Made by a program: the position numbers and the translations under genes
Notes under the pieces: generated by a model
Told to the model about the DNA's origin: nothing
Seen by the model: only the letters and a program-made list of their open reading frames with translations
Database searches by the model: none
Assembly (NCBI RefSeq): GCF_030684315.1
Contig: NC_081383.1
Span: 36,148,180 to 36,212,179, forward strand
From: Stegostoma tigrinum
Lineage: Eukaryota
DNA: 64,000 bases
Reading direction: 5' to 3'
Shown: piece after piece, positions 1-10,108 of the stretch
Position numbering within the stretch: position 1 is the first letter of the stretch
How the letters are laid out: the number at the start of each line of letters is the position of its first letter

Positions 1-111
1 TCCCCCCACGAGGGATACAAATTCCCAGCTTTAAACGCAGTTTGTACTCGCACATCTGAGGGATTTAACTTGATTCTTCAGGCCTCAATCTTTAATGATT
101 CTGACAACGAC

Positions 112-292
112 AGAACACAGAGCACCAGAACAGGCCCTTCGGCCCTCGATGTTGCACCGGCCTGTGAACTAATCTAAGCCCATCCCCCGACACTATCCCA
201 TCGTCATCCATCTGCTTATCCAAGGACTGTTTTAAATGCCCCTCATGTGGCTGAGTTATCTACATTGGCAGGCAGGGCGTTCCACACCCTTA
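112..292 (-). mobile_element. CR1-type LINE 3' end fragment
   Basis: Reverse complement of the shark CR1 tail (acaggcccttcggccc...tttaaatgcc...gcgttccacaccct); similar tails recur at 46640, 48900-49175 and 60485. Confidence 0.75.
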
Positions 293-509
293 TGTTGTGT
301 CTTCTCCTTGACCAAGGAAGCCTGCCTCTCAACACAAACTATTGCATTGATATGGCTCCTGATCTAGGAGGCTCATGGAAAAATTTTTCCAAGTAAATTT
401 ACTGTGCCAATATTTTGTCAAAGGCCAACTAGGAAGAGTGTTAGGCATTTGGTAAACACTTTTTCCATTACGACATCACTTGTCAAGCCCTTGGTTTTTC
501 GCCACCTCA

Positions 510-669
510 AATTCTCCCAATACATGCTGGCACTCTCCCTCACCCTCCTTTCATCTCAAGACTGCAAGGAGCAATGTTGCTTTTGATTTTTGAGGCTGGA
601 GCTGAACTTCTCGGATGAATCCGCTGACTATAATCGCTCTGTAGTGGGTTGGTGGTAGCAGTGACAGCG
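510..669 (+). pseudogene. Possible decayed Ig light-chain V segment 3' part (FR3/CDR3-like)
   Basis: Frameshifted pieces read KTARSNVAF (558) / RLELNFSDESADYNR (593; compare EDxADYYC with YC mutated) / WVGGSS, followed by heptamer-like GACAGCG (663-669). No nonamer at 12 or 23 bp. Confidence 0.35.
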
Positions 670-749
670 CAGAGAAAGGGCTGGTTGTTGAGTTTGTTGC
701 TGGGCTTCTGTTGAGTTTCATTGCTAACACCCAGACCAGAGACTTCACC

Positions 750-840
750 ATGTGCTCACTGCTGGATATAATGTTAATGTTGCTGCATTGTGTACTGTGC
801 CAGCAGCCATTCCTCATCCAGAGGACTGAGGGGAATCAAG
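750..840 (+). CDS. Candidate intronless Ig-type leader exon (MCSLLDIMLMLLHCVLC-QQPFLIQRTEGNQ), phase-1 donor
   Basis: ATG in CACCATG context, hydrophobic core, and QQPFLIQ resembling the VL FR1 start QPVLTQ. Ends at AAG|GTGCTG (weak donor) in phase 1, matching the C exon. Confidence 0.35.
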
Positions 841-1473
841 GTGCTGTCGACGCTTGGGAAAGGAGCGTTTGAGATGAAGCAAGAAATTCTTTTATTCTCA
901 ACTTGAAGGATAAAGGGCTAATTGCAGCATTTTCCTAGACCATTCCATGTCCTGTTCCTCATTAGTCTGTCGAGGTCAGGACGACACCCAAAACCCTCAC
1001 TCCAGGCTGTAGAGAGGGTTGAGATACTTTTTATTCCTGAATGCCAGTGGTGGGCATTGAAGCAGCACAGAAGTGCCACTGGGGTTTGATCAGCAACGAG
1101 CTCCAGATTTCCTCCTCCTTTCATTCAAGGACACTGAGATGAATGGCAGTGTCGGTGCGGCTCTCACCTGGGATCAACCAACTGAGCACAGGCTGATATA
1201 CAACCACTGAGCTGGAAGTGAATTTACCCGCAGTGAGTGTTCTAATCCACAGAAACACCAGGATAACTGGTTTCACGTCAAAATTACCACTTCCCCTTTT
1301 CACAAATCTCAACGCTGTCTTAATGGAGGGATGCTCACTCTCGCACAATAACTTTTTTTTTAACGATTGAAGCTCAGTTTTTGGAAGCAGCAACATTTTA
1401 AAGCTGTTGTTGTTAAATTGAAATGACGCTTTTTTTTTGTTTCGCTAACTTTGATTCTCTCACTCACTTGCAG

Positions 1474-1790
1474 CTCAGCAACTCCCTGACCCTCTAGTGA
1501 AACTGCTTGGGCCTTCAGCTGAGCTGTCCAGTGAAGGAGCCGGCACATTAGTTTGTCTGGTCAGCAAACTGTCCATGGGCTTTGCAGTCAGCTGGACAGT
1601 AGATGGGAGTCCGACGAGCAGTGAGGTCCAAACCAGCTTGGTGTCTCATGACCCAGACAACAGCTTCAGTCTCAGCAGCTACCTGACCGTTCTTGGCAGT
1701 GATCGGAGCAGTGGGAAGGTGTACTCCTGCACAGTGCAACAAGGGACAGCTTCAAAAACAACCGCAACGGTCTCTCAGTCAGGCTGTTAA
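1474..1790 (+). CDS. Immunoglobulin light-chain constant (C1-set) exon, sigma-like; possibly pseudogenising
   Basis: Acceptor ttctctcactcacttgcag| at 1473, phase 1. Reads xQQLPDPLVKLLGPSAELSSEGAGTLVCLVSKLSMGFAVSWTVDG...FSLSSYLTV...KVYSCTVQQG...VSQSGC*. Both Ig cysteines, the core Trp and the terminal H-L Cys are present. Isotype inferred from the GFAxSW/SSYL/KVYSC motifs. Confidence 0.92.
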
Positions 1791-1928
1791 ATAAGTTTCA
1801 TTTGTGCCTGCTGTCTAACCTTAGCCATAAGATGTCACTTATCTTCCAGCCCTTCACCATTACCCACCCTCTCCCTCTGGAACCTCTGCACTTTGTGTTT
1901 CTGTACCACTTTGTGTGATTGTGCTGTA

Positions 1929-2160
1929 CCATAAGACATAGGAGTGGAAGTAAGCCCATTCAGCCCATCAAGTCCACTCTGCCATTTAAATCATGGCTGA
2001 TGGGCATTTCAACTCCACTTCCCTGCATTCTCCCCATAGCCCTTGATTCCTTGTAAGATCAAGAAATTGTCGATCTCTGCCTTGAAGACATCTAACGTCC
2101 TGGCCTCACTGCGCTCCCTGGCAATGAATTCCACAAGCCCACCACTCTCTGGCTGAAGAA
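1929..2160 (-). mobile_element. CR1 LINE 3' fragment
   Basis: ccataagacataggag...cccattcagcccatcaagtc...gaattccacaagcccaccactctctggctgaagaa, the typical reverse-complement CR1 tail. Confidence 0.8.
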
Positions 2161-3537
2161 ATTACTTTGTTGGTAAACAGCTCTTGCAGCCTTGTGTGAA
2201 TATGTGACTAGCCACCTAAGTAACCAGGTTTCATTCTGGGATCTGATCTATCCAATATCACTGTCAGCTAGATTTATAACAAAGTGGGGTGTCTTAGGGG
2301 ATTGATATTCATTGAATTTAAGGAGTAACTACACCTCTTAAAGAAATGAGTGCAGAGTGGTACTAGACACAAACAAGAGTGTCATGAAGTTCACTGTATA
2401 GATTGACCTTTTGAAATGGTAGTGAATATAACTATGATTTTTCTGTGAATAGAAGATATATCTGGATCATTTGAAGTATTTGAATTGGGCTAAAATGAGA
2501 GAGTTTGCAGATAAATTTTAAGGTAAAAAGAAACAGTAGGCTCACATTAGGATGAGAGATTGTCAGTAATTACTCAGTGCTTAGAAAAATGTTTTACTTC
2601 ATTTGAAAAATATACAGGCAAACAGAGTAGCAAAATATGCTTCGCCTTATTGAAAATTTTGGCAGGTACAGCTACTAATGGAGAACACTAGCTTGCCAGA
2701 AGAATAATCTGCAGGCTGTGAAATTATTAAAAAAAAAATTCAATGCTCATGAGCTTATCCTGAAGCTTACAAATTGCCCACTCAGACATTTGTAGAATTT
2801 CAATGAAAAATAAACATAATGGGATCAATAGTTTCGATCATTGAAGTTACAGTAACAGTTCTTGAGGAAGTTAGGGGAATGATGATTCTGGAAAAATTGA
2901 GAAACAGTATTCTAGCAAGTCTTAAAATTTATTTTGATGAGCATCAAAGATCTGAGAAGCAACTCTGGCAGATGTGTGCAATACTTCACACAGACAATCT
3001 TGTAAACAGGAAATAACTTGGAAATTCCATTATTGGGCTCAGTCTTCATTAATGTAAATGAAGAGGACAAAGATAAAGAGGATGAAGTTGTTACATTTAG
3101 TCCATCTTCTTTCATAGAAATACAACAAATGGATCTTAAACTGCGAGATTTATACCAACAGCCATTCAGAAATTGAGTCTGCACTAATATTTGAATGTTA
3201 TTATTTAAAAGTTAAAATACTAATGAGAGAATGAATAATAGTTCAGTAGGTGATCGTCCTGAATATCATAATAAACTTTTATGAATTGCTCACAATAGAT
3301 CACTTACATATTAGGAAAACATAGCCAACAATACTGAAACATTTTTTGGCTAGAATTACATAAGATGAGGTGAAATTTTGCCAGACATGCCATCATAGCA
3401 CGTCGTGGGAAACCCCAAACATCAAATAAACCTCAAACCTGAAATACAGCATCAGCTTTCAAAGAACAATTCAGCAGGACTGTGTATGACCCCTATCTAA
3501 AGCGTGGAGTGGGAATCAGTATCTTTTAGCATTAACA

Positions 3538-3765
3538 CCATAAGATGTAGGAGCAGAATTCAGCCCATCAAGTCTGCTCTGTCATTCATGAAATTCATGG
3601 TTGACCTGAAAATCCTCAACTCCACTTTTTTGCCTTTACCCAAAAATCCTTTATTCTGTTTGCCTCAGCCTTGAATACAATTAATAACTCAACCTCTATA
3701 GCTTTTTGCAGTAAAGAATTCCACAGATTCACAACATACAATAGGAGAGATTTCTCCTCACCTCT
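3538..3765 (-). mobile_element. CR1 3' fragment nested in the Gypsy integrase
   Basis: ccataagatgtaggagcagaattcagcccatcaagtctgctc...gaattccacagattcac interrupts the integrase between the YLL and SSAY motifs. Confidence 0.8.
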
Positions 3766-4399
3766 GATTATGCCAGAGAGCATAATTTGAAAATAAGGGG
3801 CTGAAAATTTAACACAAGTTATCTCTTCAGCCTATTATCCACAATCTCAAGGAGCACAGAAAAGATGGTATAAAACTTCAAAACTTATTGTCAGAAATGT
3901 CCCAATGGCTGGAATAAAGGGATTCCCTTGTTACTATCTGCTGTTAGAAATGTCCCAAATGAGTCAATTGGATTCCATCCTTCTGAATTGATACATTGAC
4001 TGTGTAGAGAGGATGCCTTAAATTGATAAAGGCAAATTTATCAGTCAAAACTCAGACATTGTGCTTCCAACCTACTTTTGTACTACGTTTCAGACAGAAA
4101 CCAAAAACATGCAAGGTGACAAAAAAATGTGAAAAATGTCAACAATCAATGAAAACGATGAGACAGTGAAAGGCTAAGCTCAGAAGTAAGTTACTGGAAA
4201 CAAAGGCATATTATTGCCTGTCTCTGTTTAATCATTAAAAACAATCAGAATGTCTAAAATCAAAAAGAAATTCAATGGTGTGAATTGTTACTTCAGAAAA
4301 GTAGAAAGATCAGTGAGCGCAATTTATTATGATGGCAGGAAGACAGTCAGGAGAAAAATATATATTTACAGTCGTGAAAAAAATAGGACATGAGCCCAG

Positions 4400-4685
4400 C
4401 CTGTACTGTTGGGATGGGTTTAACTTGAATCTATCTGGGGTCAGGATCCTAGCTGAAAGGCTAAACAGGGTGGTCACAAAGACTTTAAATTAGTTAAAGG
4501 GGGGGTGGGCTCAGGAGAGGTTATTAAAGTTTCCAGAACAAGTAACAGGTCAGACAGTATGGAAAGGATCAGGAATCTAGCTTTAGGAACAGATTAGGGG
4601 ACAACTGGAGTGGACTGAGGGTGTTGTACTTAAATGCATGCAGTGTGCGAAACAAGGTAAATTAGCTTGTAGAGCAGATTGAAAC
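4400..4685 (+). mobile_element. CR1 ORF1-end/ORF2-start fragment nested in the Gypsy element
   Basis: LYCWDGFNLNLSGVRILAERLNRVV (esterase DGxHLN-like motif), then GLRVLYLNACSVRNKV (start of the APE endonuclease). Confidence 0.8.
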
Positions 4686-6439
4686 CGAGTATTAATGCCA
4701 ATGACTTTGGTACGGATGTCATTTTACTACAAGATGAGCAGATGGTGATAAAATGGCCAGTCAGCTTTTTCTCAAAAAGTGAATGCATGTTAACAGAAAT
4801 ATCGAGCAGTGGAAAAAGAGACCTTATGCTAGCTTTAAGCCAATTTGAAATGTGTGCATTTGAAAAGTTTGAAGAGGCTATTATTTATAGGGGCTATAAT
4901 CCTTTAGTTTCTTTGAAGACATTTTGTGACAGAGATTGTTTCATTGGCACTTAATATTACACCCATACAATTTAAAAATCATTCATGTGGCTGACAAGGA
5001 CAGTTTTATAGTGGACATGTTGTTCAGGGCAATAACGAAAGAACCTGAATGCTACGATCAAAATGGATTAGGGTAAATATGGTTGTTCTGAAAACCAATG
5101 TGTTTAATGTATGTATATTATTACTATCAATCTAACATTGGAATAGTGCTAAAATAACTTTGATAGAAAGGGAAAATACCTCCATGCTAATTTTTCATCT
5201 TTTGAGAGTAGAATCATCACCATTTTTGGAATTTGAATTTTTAAATAAGAAAGAGGCAAATGGATTTTAATCAGTTCTATGAAGCTATTTATTTTTTTAA
5301 AACAAGAAAGTCATTTGAAGCAGTAACCCAACCACATCAAATCAAGAAAGCAATGACTAGAGTCAAATGGGAAAGCCCTGGAGTGTTAATGAAAAAATAT
5401 TTCTACTGTTGAGTGTATGACAGAATAAACACATCAAGGCTATCAGTTTGGTTTTAACTTCAGAACAGAGTGTTCAGGGTGTAAGATTAGAAGAAATTGT
5501 TCAGTTCAGTTTAGAAGGGAGCAAGATAATCAAGTTTTACTTCAAGGGAGCCAGTCACCATAGCCAAAGTGTTTCAGTCTGTGGTGTTTCCAAAATGTTA
5601 GAGTTTGGATGGAAATCTTCAAGATATTGGAACTAAAAAGTTTAGGCCATTAGAATGATGACAGTTTTGTATTAGCAGACATGAAAGGAATCAAAAATTT
5701 ATCCCCAGAGTCCAAGTGAAAGAAGCTAGGAAGAGTCAGTTAAATAAAGATATTGAGTTGAAATAGGAGAAAAATCTGGAGTACTTACGAAACGAAACAT
5801 TCGGGTAACAGGTTGAAAATGCTTTGTTGTTTGTAGTACGTGTTTCTAACCGCTGTTTTTCTTTGTACAACAAATTTACATTTTGTTGTTAAAAAGTATC
5901 TACAGCCTCATGTACACATGGTTCAATGATAAACCACTATTGTAACTAACTGCAAATAATAAACATCTATCCAACAAGCCTGGTTTGCTTCTGGATTTTG
6001 AAAGGTCCAGTATTACCTTTGACTAGGATCATAACATGTCAACTGGAACGCTGAAATATCCAGAACTGCTTTTTCTTAACTCAACATATTTTTGGACAGT
6101 TCTTTGATGTTCCAATCATCATCATCCTAGTCATCAGACAAATGATAGTGTTGTCATCAGAATGGAATCAAATAGCATTTGCTCAGTTAAAAGCTGCTCA
6201 CTAATGTTTGGTTTGAATTCCAAACAGCTACTGCTGTTTACACCCTTAGTATGGAAAAACTGAACTGTAGAATCAAGGTGAAAGAGACCGCCTTGACTTC
6301 AAAATAATCTCTGAGAGAGTGTGGCACCTGTAGTCCTAGCAAAACTGGAATCAATGAGGATCAGGAGAAAACTCTCCATTAGTTGGAGTCATATCATCAT
6401 AGCCAAAGTGTTTTAGCTTGTGGTGTTTCCTAACCAACA

Positions 6440-6710
6440 GCAAAATTTTCAAGTGATTAGAATTTAACAAAGGAAGATGGCTGAGCTCAATCATCTCAGT
6501 CCTAGGACATCTTTGCAGGGGCTCCTCCAGATAATTTGTTATGTCCAAACATCTTTAGCTGTTTCACACTGATCTTCCCTCCATCGTCAGGTCAGATCCA
6601 GGGATGTTTGCTGGTGATTGCATCTTGCATGATTCCTCAGATATTGAAGCAGTCCATGTTCATATTCAGTAAGACCTGAACAACATCCATGCTTGGATTG
6701 ACAAATAACA
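6440..6710 (+). mobile_element. L2/CR1-clade LINE reverse-transcriptase fragment
   Basis: Degenerate GAPPxxxLCPNIFSCF..DLPSIVRSDPGMFAGDC (PQG and YADD regions); same family as 53480-54240. Confidence 0.7.
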
Positions 6711-7149
6711 AAAGCAAGAAGTTGTTTGGGCAATGCTGTCACCTTAATGTAGTTTAACTTACGTGCAATTACCTTCAGTATTTAAATGAGGTGCAATTAA
6801 TTCTCAATGTCTTGATTCTAGTAAAGTAACGCTACCAGGTAATAGATTGCATCAACAGGTAAATTGAATATATTTGACAGCTTTAATATTCAATTGTTAC
6901 TTGATAGCAAGACAGCATATGACAGGTAGCTGGAAAATTAGAACATCTTTTACTAGTTTAAACTCCAGTCCTTTTCCTGCTGAGCAGTTTGTGGTATGCA
7001 ATTCCTCAAAGTCCAATGTGAACCAGCAAAATTGAAGATAGAGCAGAAAGATGGCTAACAAGAAAACTCTCAGCGAGAGGCAAACGAAGTTCATTTACTG
7101 CTACTTACAGATTACTATTATACATCATAGCCATTTAAAGAAACCATTG

Positions 7150-8060
7150 GGAATTAACTGAGGCCTATCTCCCACAAGCTTTGCTCTGGATGGACACGAT
7201 ACTCTTTATTGTTTTGGGAAGTAATTTTGAAAGGTATGGAAGTTGGACATTTCACGTGCTCTTATCCCTTTTAGTTACCTCAGCCTCTAAAGGCAGCATC
7301 AAATTTGAAGTAGATATTTATTCACTGTGCTCTCTGGCAATCTGACTCAACTGTAATTCAAATATTCTACTGCCAGTCTATATTGCATATCCTCGAGTGG
7401 CATCGATTGTTCAATTGTTGCTACCTACTTAAACTTCTTCTTGAACAGTGTTGTCATTTGGAATCTGAACTTTCTTCAGTTTTGATTACAATAGAAAACA
7501 AAATCAGTCAAAGCACAATAGTCACATCTTGAAACAAGTCACTTTTCCAATGTAAGTGACCTCAGGAGATTCTGCTTTTTGTTTAGGGTTCACCATGAGT
7601 TTATTGGAGACCAGCAAAATTTTATACTGGCTTTTCCTTAACTTCTAGCATTTGGTCTCCTCTATTTTGGAGAGTTCTCACTTTAACATTTATACATTAC
7701 CCCAGAAGTGTTGAAGATCTGCTGGATGCAACCAGTGTCTTCTCAAAAAATGCTCACTCTCTGATAATACTGTGACTCTTGTTCCCCACTAACTTCAGAT
7801 TTGTGAAATGCTCATTGTCTTAAATGTCCTCATACCAAAATGTTCAGTGTGGATCAGTATGTTTAGTCTGGAAAACTTTGAACTTTCTTTCACAAGAGAC
7901 ATATATAATTTTGTGCGGGGAGTTCTTTTGCTTTTCTGTAGTTACATCTTGCTTTGGCACAAATTCTGAAAGTAACCTACTTTCTTATAAAAACAGAATT
8001 TGGTTCTTAAAGCTGGGAATTGTTCAGGAGGGCAATCCACATTCTATTCAAGCAATTTTC
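7150..8060 (-). mobile_element. Possible highly decayed LTR-retrotransposon gag-pol relic
   Basis: The minus strand shows zinc-knuckle-like and RNase-H-like fragments (CPPEQFPA, TIDA, YAI) among many stops. Weak. Confidence 0.3.
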
Positions 8061-8267
8061 TGAAAGACTGTGTTCACAGAATAACTTACACACAATAGAG
8101 CACATAGTACTGTCACCTAGGTATATCCTATCCCACTGGTAGGTCAGTCTGACTAGAGGTGATGGCACTGTAGTGCACTGTTGGGAGAAAGGTACCATGG
8201 GAGTTCTCAACATTGACTCTGGATCTCACGGCATCTCATAGTATCAAGTTGAATATGGACAATAAAA

Positions 8268-8419
8268 ACCAAAAGAACTGCGGATGCTGTAAATCAGGAA
8301 CAAAAACAAAGTTGCTGGAAAAGATCAGCAGGTCTGGCAGCATCTGTGAGGGTAAAAAACAGAGTTAATGTTCCAAGTGCAGCAACCCTTCCTCAGAATG
8401 GGTAACAGATAAACGGGTA
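8268..8419 (-). mobile_element. Penelope-derived short element, family B, with 13-bp TSD
   Basis: aaccaaaagaactgcggatgctgtaaatcagg...gctggaaaagatcagcaggtctggcagcatctg...cccttcctcagaa. Flanked by atggacaataaaa (8255-8267) and atggataataaaa (8420-8432). Confidence 0.75.
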
Positions 8420-8616
8420 ATGGATAATAAAACCTCTTACCACCTACTGTCTCCCCGCCCCATTTGACACCTGGTCAAATGATGAACCTGTACTCTTCTA
8501 TCTTGAACATCACCGTGAAGAAGTACTGAATGTCTGTCACCAAGAATGGCTCATTAGTACCACTATTGAACTGAACTGGCTGACTCTTTAAGAACATAGC
8601 TGCAAGACAGGGTTTA

Positions 8617-8712
8617 GCTTTTCTGCTCCTCTAATGCTGCCTGGACTGCTGTGTTCATCCAGCTTCTACACCTTGTTATCTCAGATTCCAGCACCGGTGG
8701 TTCTGACTATCT
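8617..8712 (+). mobile_element. Penelope-derived short element, family A, 9-bp TSD
   Basis: ctgctgtgttcatccagc...ttatctcagattccagca; cagggttta at 8608-8616 and 8713-8721. Confidence 0.7.
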
Positions 8713-9166
8713 CAGGGTTTATGTGAGGGAGCAATAAGAAAGAAAAACCTGTTTAACCAGTTTATTCTCTCCTAATGTTCAACATAGCATGGCGACTAGT
8801 ATAAAGTTAATCAGATATATAAAAATATAAGTAAGTGTATCATTAAATAAAATAATTTAGTAGTTAATTGGAACACATTAAGGCTGGCAGGACGGATGAT
8901 GAGTTTTAGCATATGGGAGTTCCAGGAAGGCAATTTGGATCACAGCAAATACATCAGCAAGTGTTCAAAGTTTGTGCAACTTCAGTTCAAAGCAATGTAA
9001 AGAAGGCTGAACCACAGACATTGCAAAACATCAAGGAGGGGGAAAGTTACTTCTATTCTTTTTACCAGCAAGTAGTTGCACCTGTCGTGGGATTTGGTCA
9101 CCTGATTTGGTTAGTGTCAAGGACAGAAGGGTGTGTGACAGTAAATCAGGCTGACCGATAAGGGGA

Positions 9167-9344
9167 TAACAAAGTGTGAAGCTGGATGAACACAGCAGGC
9201 CAAGCAGCATCTCAGGATCAGATGAAGGGTCTCGGCCCGAAATGTCAGCTTTTGTGCTCCTGAGATGCTGCTTGGCCTGCTGTGTTCATCCAGCTACACA
9301 CTTTGTAATCTTGGATTCTCCAGCATCTGCAGTTCCCATTATCT
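9167..9344 (+). mobile_element. Penelope-derived hairpin mini-element, family A, 16-bp TSD
   Basis: Inverted arms (aaagtgtgaagctggatgaacacagcaggccaagcagcatctcagg / cctgagatgctgcttggcctgctgtgttcatccagc). TSD ctgaccgataagggga (9151-9166) / ctgactgataagggga (9345-9360). Confidence 0.85.
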
Positions 9345-9375
9345 CTGACTGATAAGGGGACACAAGAAGCAGGAG

Positions 9376-9450
9376 ATAATAGGAACTGCAGATGCTGGAG
9401 AATCCCAGATAATAAAGTGTAGAGCTGGATGAACACAGCAGGCCAAGCAG
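9376..9450 (-). mobile_element. Penelope-derived short element, family A, 15-bp TSD
   Basis: TSD cacaagaagcaggag (9361-9375) / cacaggaagcaggag (9451-9465), directly abutting the previous insertion. Confidence 0.8.
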
Positions 9451-10108
9451 CACAGGAAGCAGGAGCTTCAGTCTTTACAATTGCCTAACTGATCATGCCA
9501 ATATAGTACAGGAGGTCATTCAAGTGGAGGGAGCAAAAGAAATATAGTGATAGTAGGGGATGGTACTGTGAAGAGGATTGGCACCGCTCTCTGAAGCAAA
9601 GAGCACAAATTCAAATGGTTGTGTTGCCTGCATGGTGGTAAAGTTCAGGATAGCTGGTCAATGCTAGAGAAGAGCTTGCACCATGGGAGGAGAGGATCCA
9701 GTCATAGTGGTCCATGGAAGCACAAAAAGCATTGGCATGGCAAAGGAAGAGGTTCTGCACATTCAGTATAAGCAATGAAATGCGAAATTAGGAAGAAACT
9801 CAGAGACCATAATCACTGGATTTTGCCTGAGCGAAGTGGCATACGGCAAATCAGGTCAGACAGAGACAGCTGAAAGATTGCTGTAGGTGAATAGTTTCTG
9901 ATTCATGGGCATTGGCACCAGTACTGGAGAAAATGAGATCTGTGCTCCTGGGATTGTGCTGTGAACAGGGTCCTGCCACTTCAAGACTAGGTAAGCAGAG
10001 AGGATTTTTTGACTAAAAAGTAAGAATAAGTTTGGGAAGATATGGTAAATCAAAGAGTAGAGTCAAGGCCAAACAAAAAGGGAAAAATAAGGGAAATGAT
10101 AAACAGAC

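Larger units (their letters stand above)
2161..6036 (+). mobile_element. Degenerate Gmr1-like Gypsy LTR retrotransposon (gag - INT - RNase H; RT missing)
   Basis: LTR 3' ends align (2221-2281 vs 5976-6036, both end ATAACA). tRNA-Pro-like PBS at 2285-2303 (14/19 match to TGGGGGCTCGTCCGGGATT). Gag remnant (SFEK...NAHELIPEAY, ~2590-2770). Integrase remnants (FCQTCH, DCVxPL...SGNQYLL, SSAYYPQSQGA, WNKGIPLLLSAVRNVPNESIGF, ~3285-3995). RNase H (PVSFFSK, AVEKE, NPLV, PYNLKIIHVA, VDMLFR, ~4695-5030). Confidence 0.85.

Noticed and set aside
790-807. VYCASS resembling a TCR-beta V end
   Set aside because: No upstream V framework in that frame and no RSS; it overlaps the better-supported leader frame.
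847-882. TLGKGAFEMK resembling a J segment (TFGxGT)
   Set aside because: F and T are both missing, there is no RSS upstream and no donor downstream.
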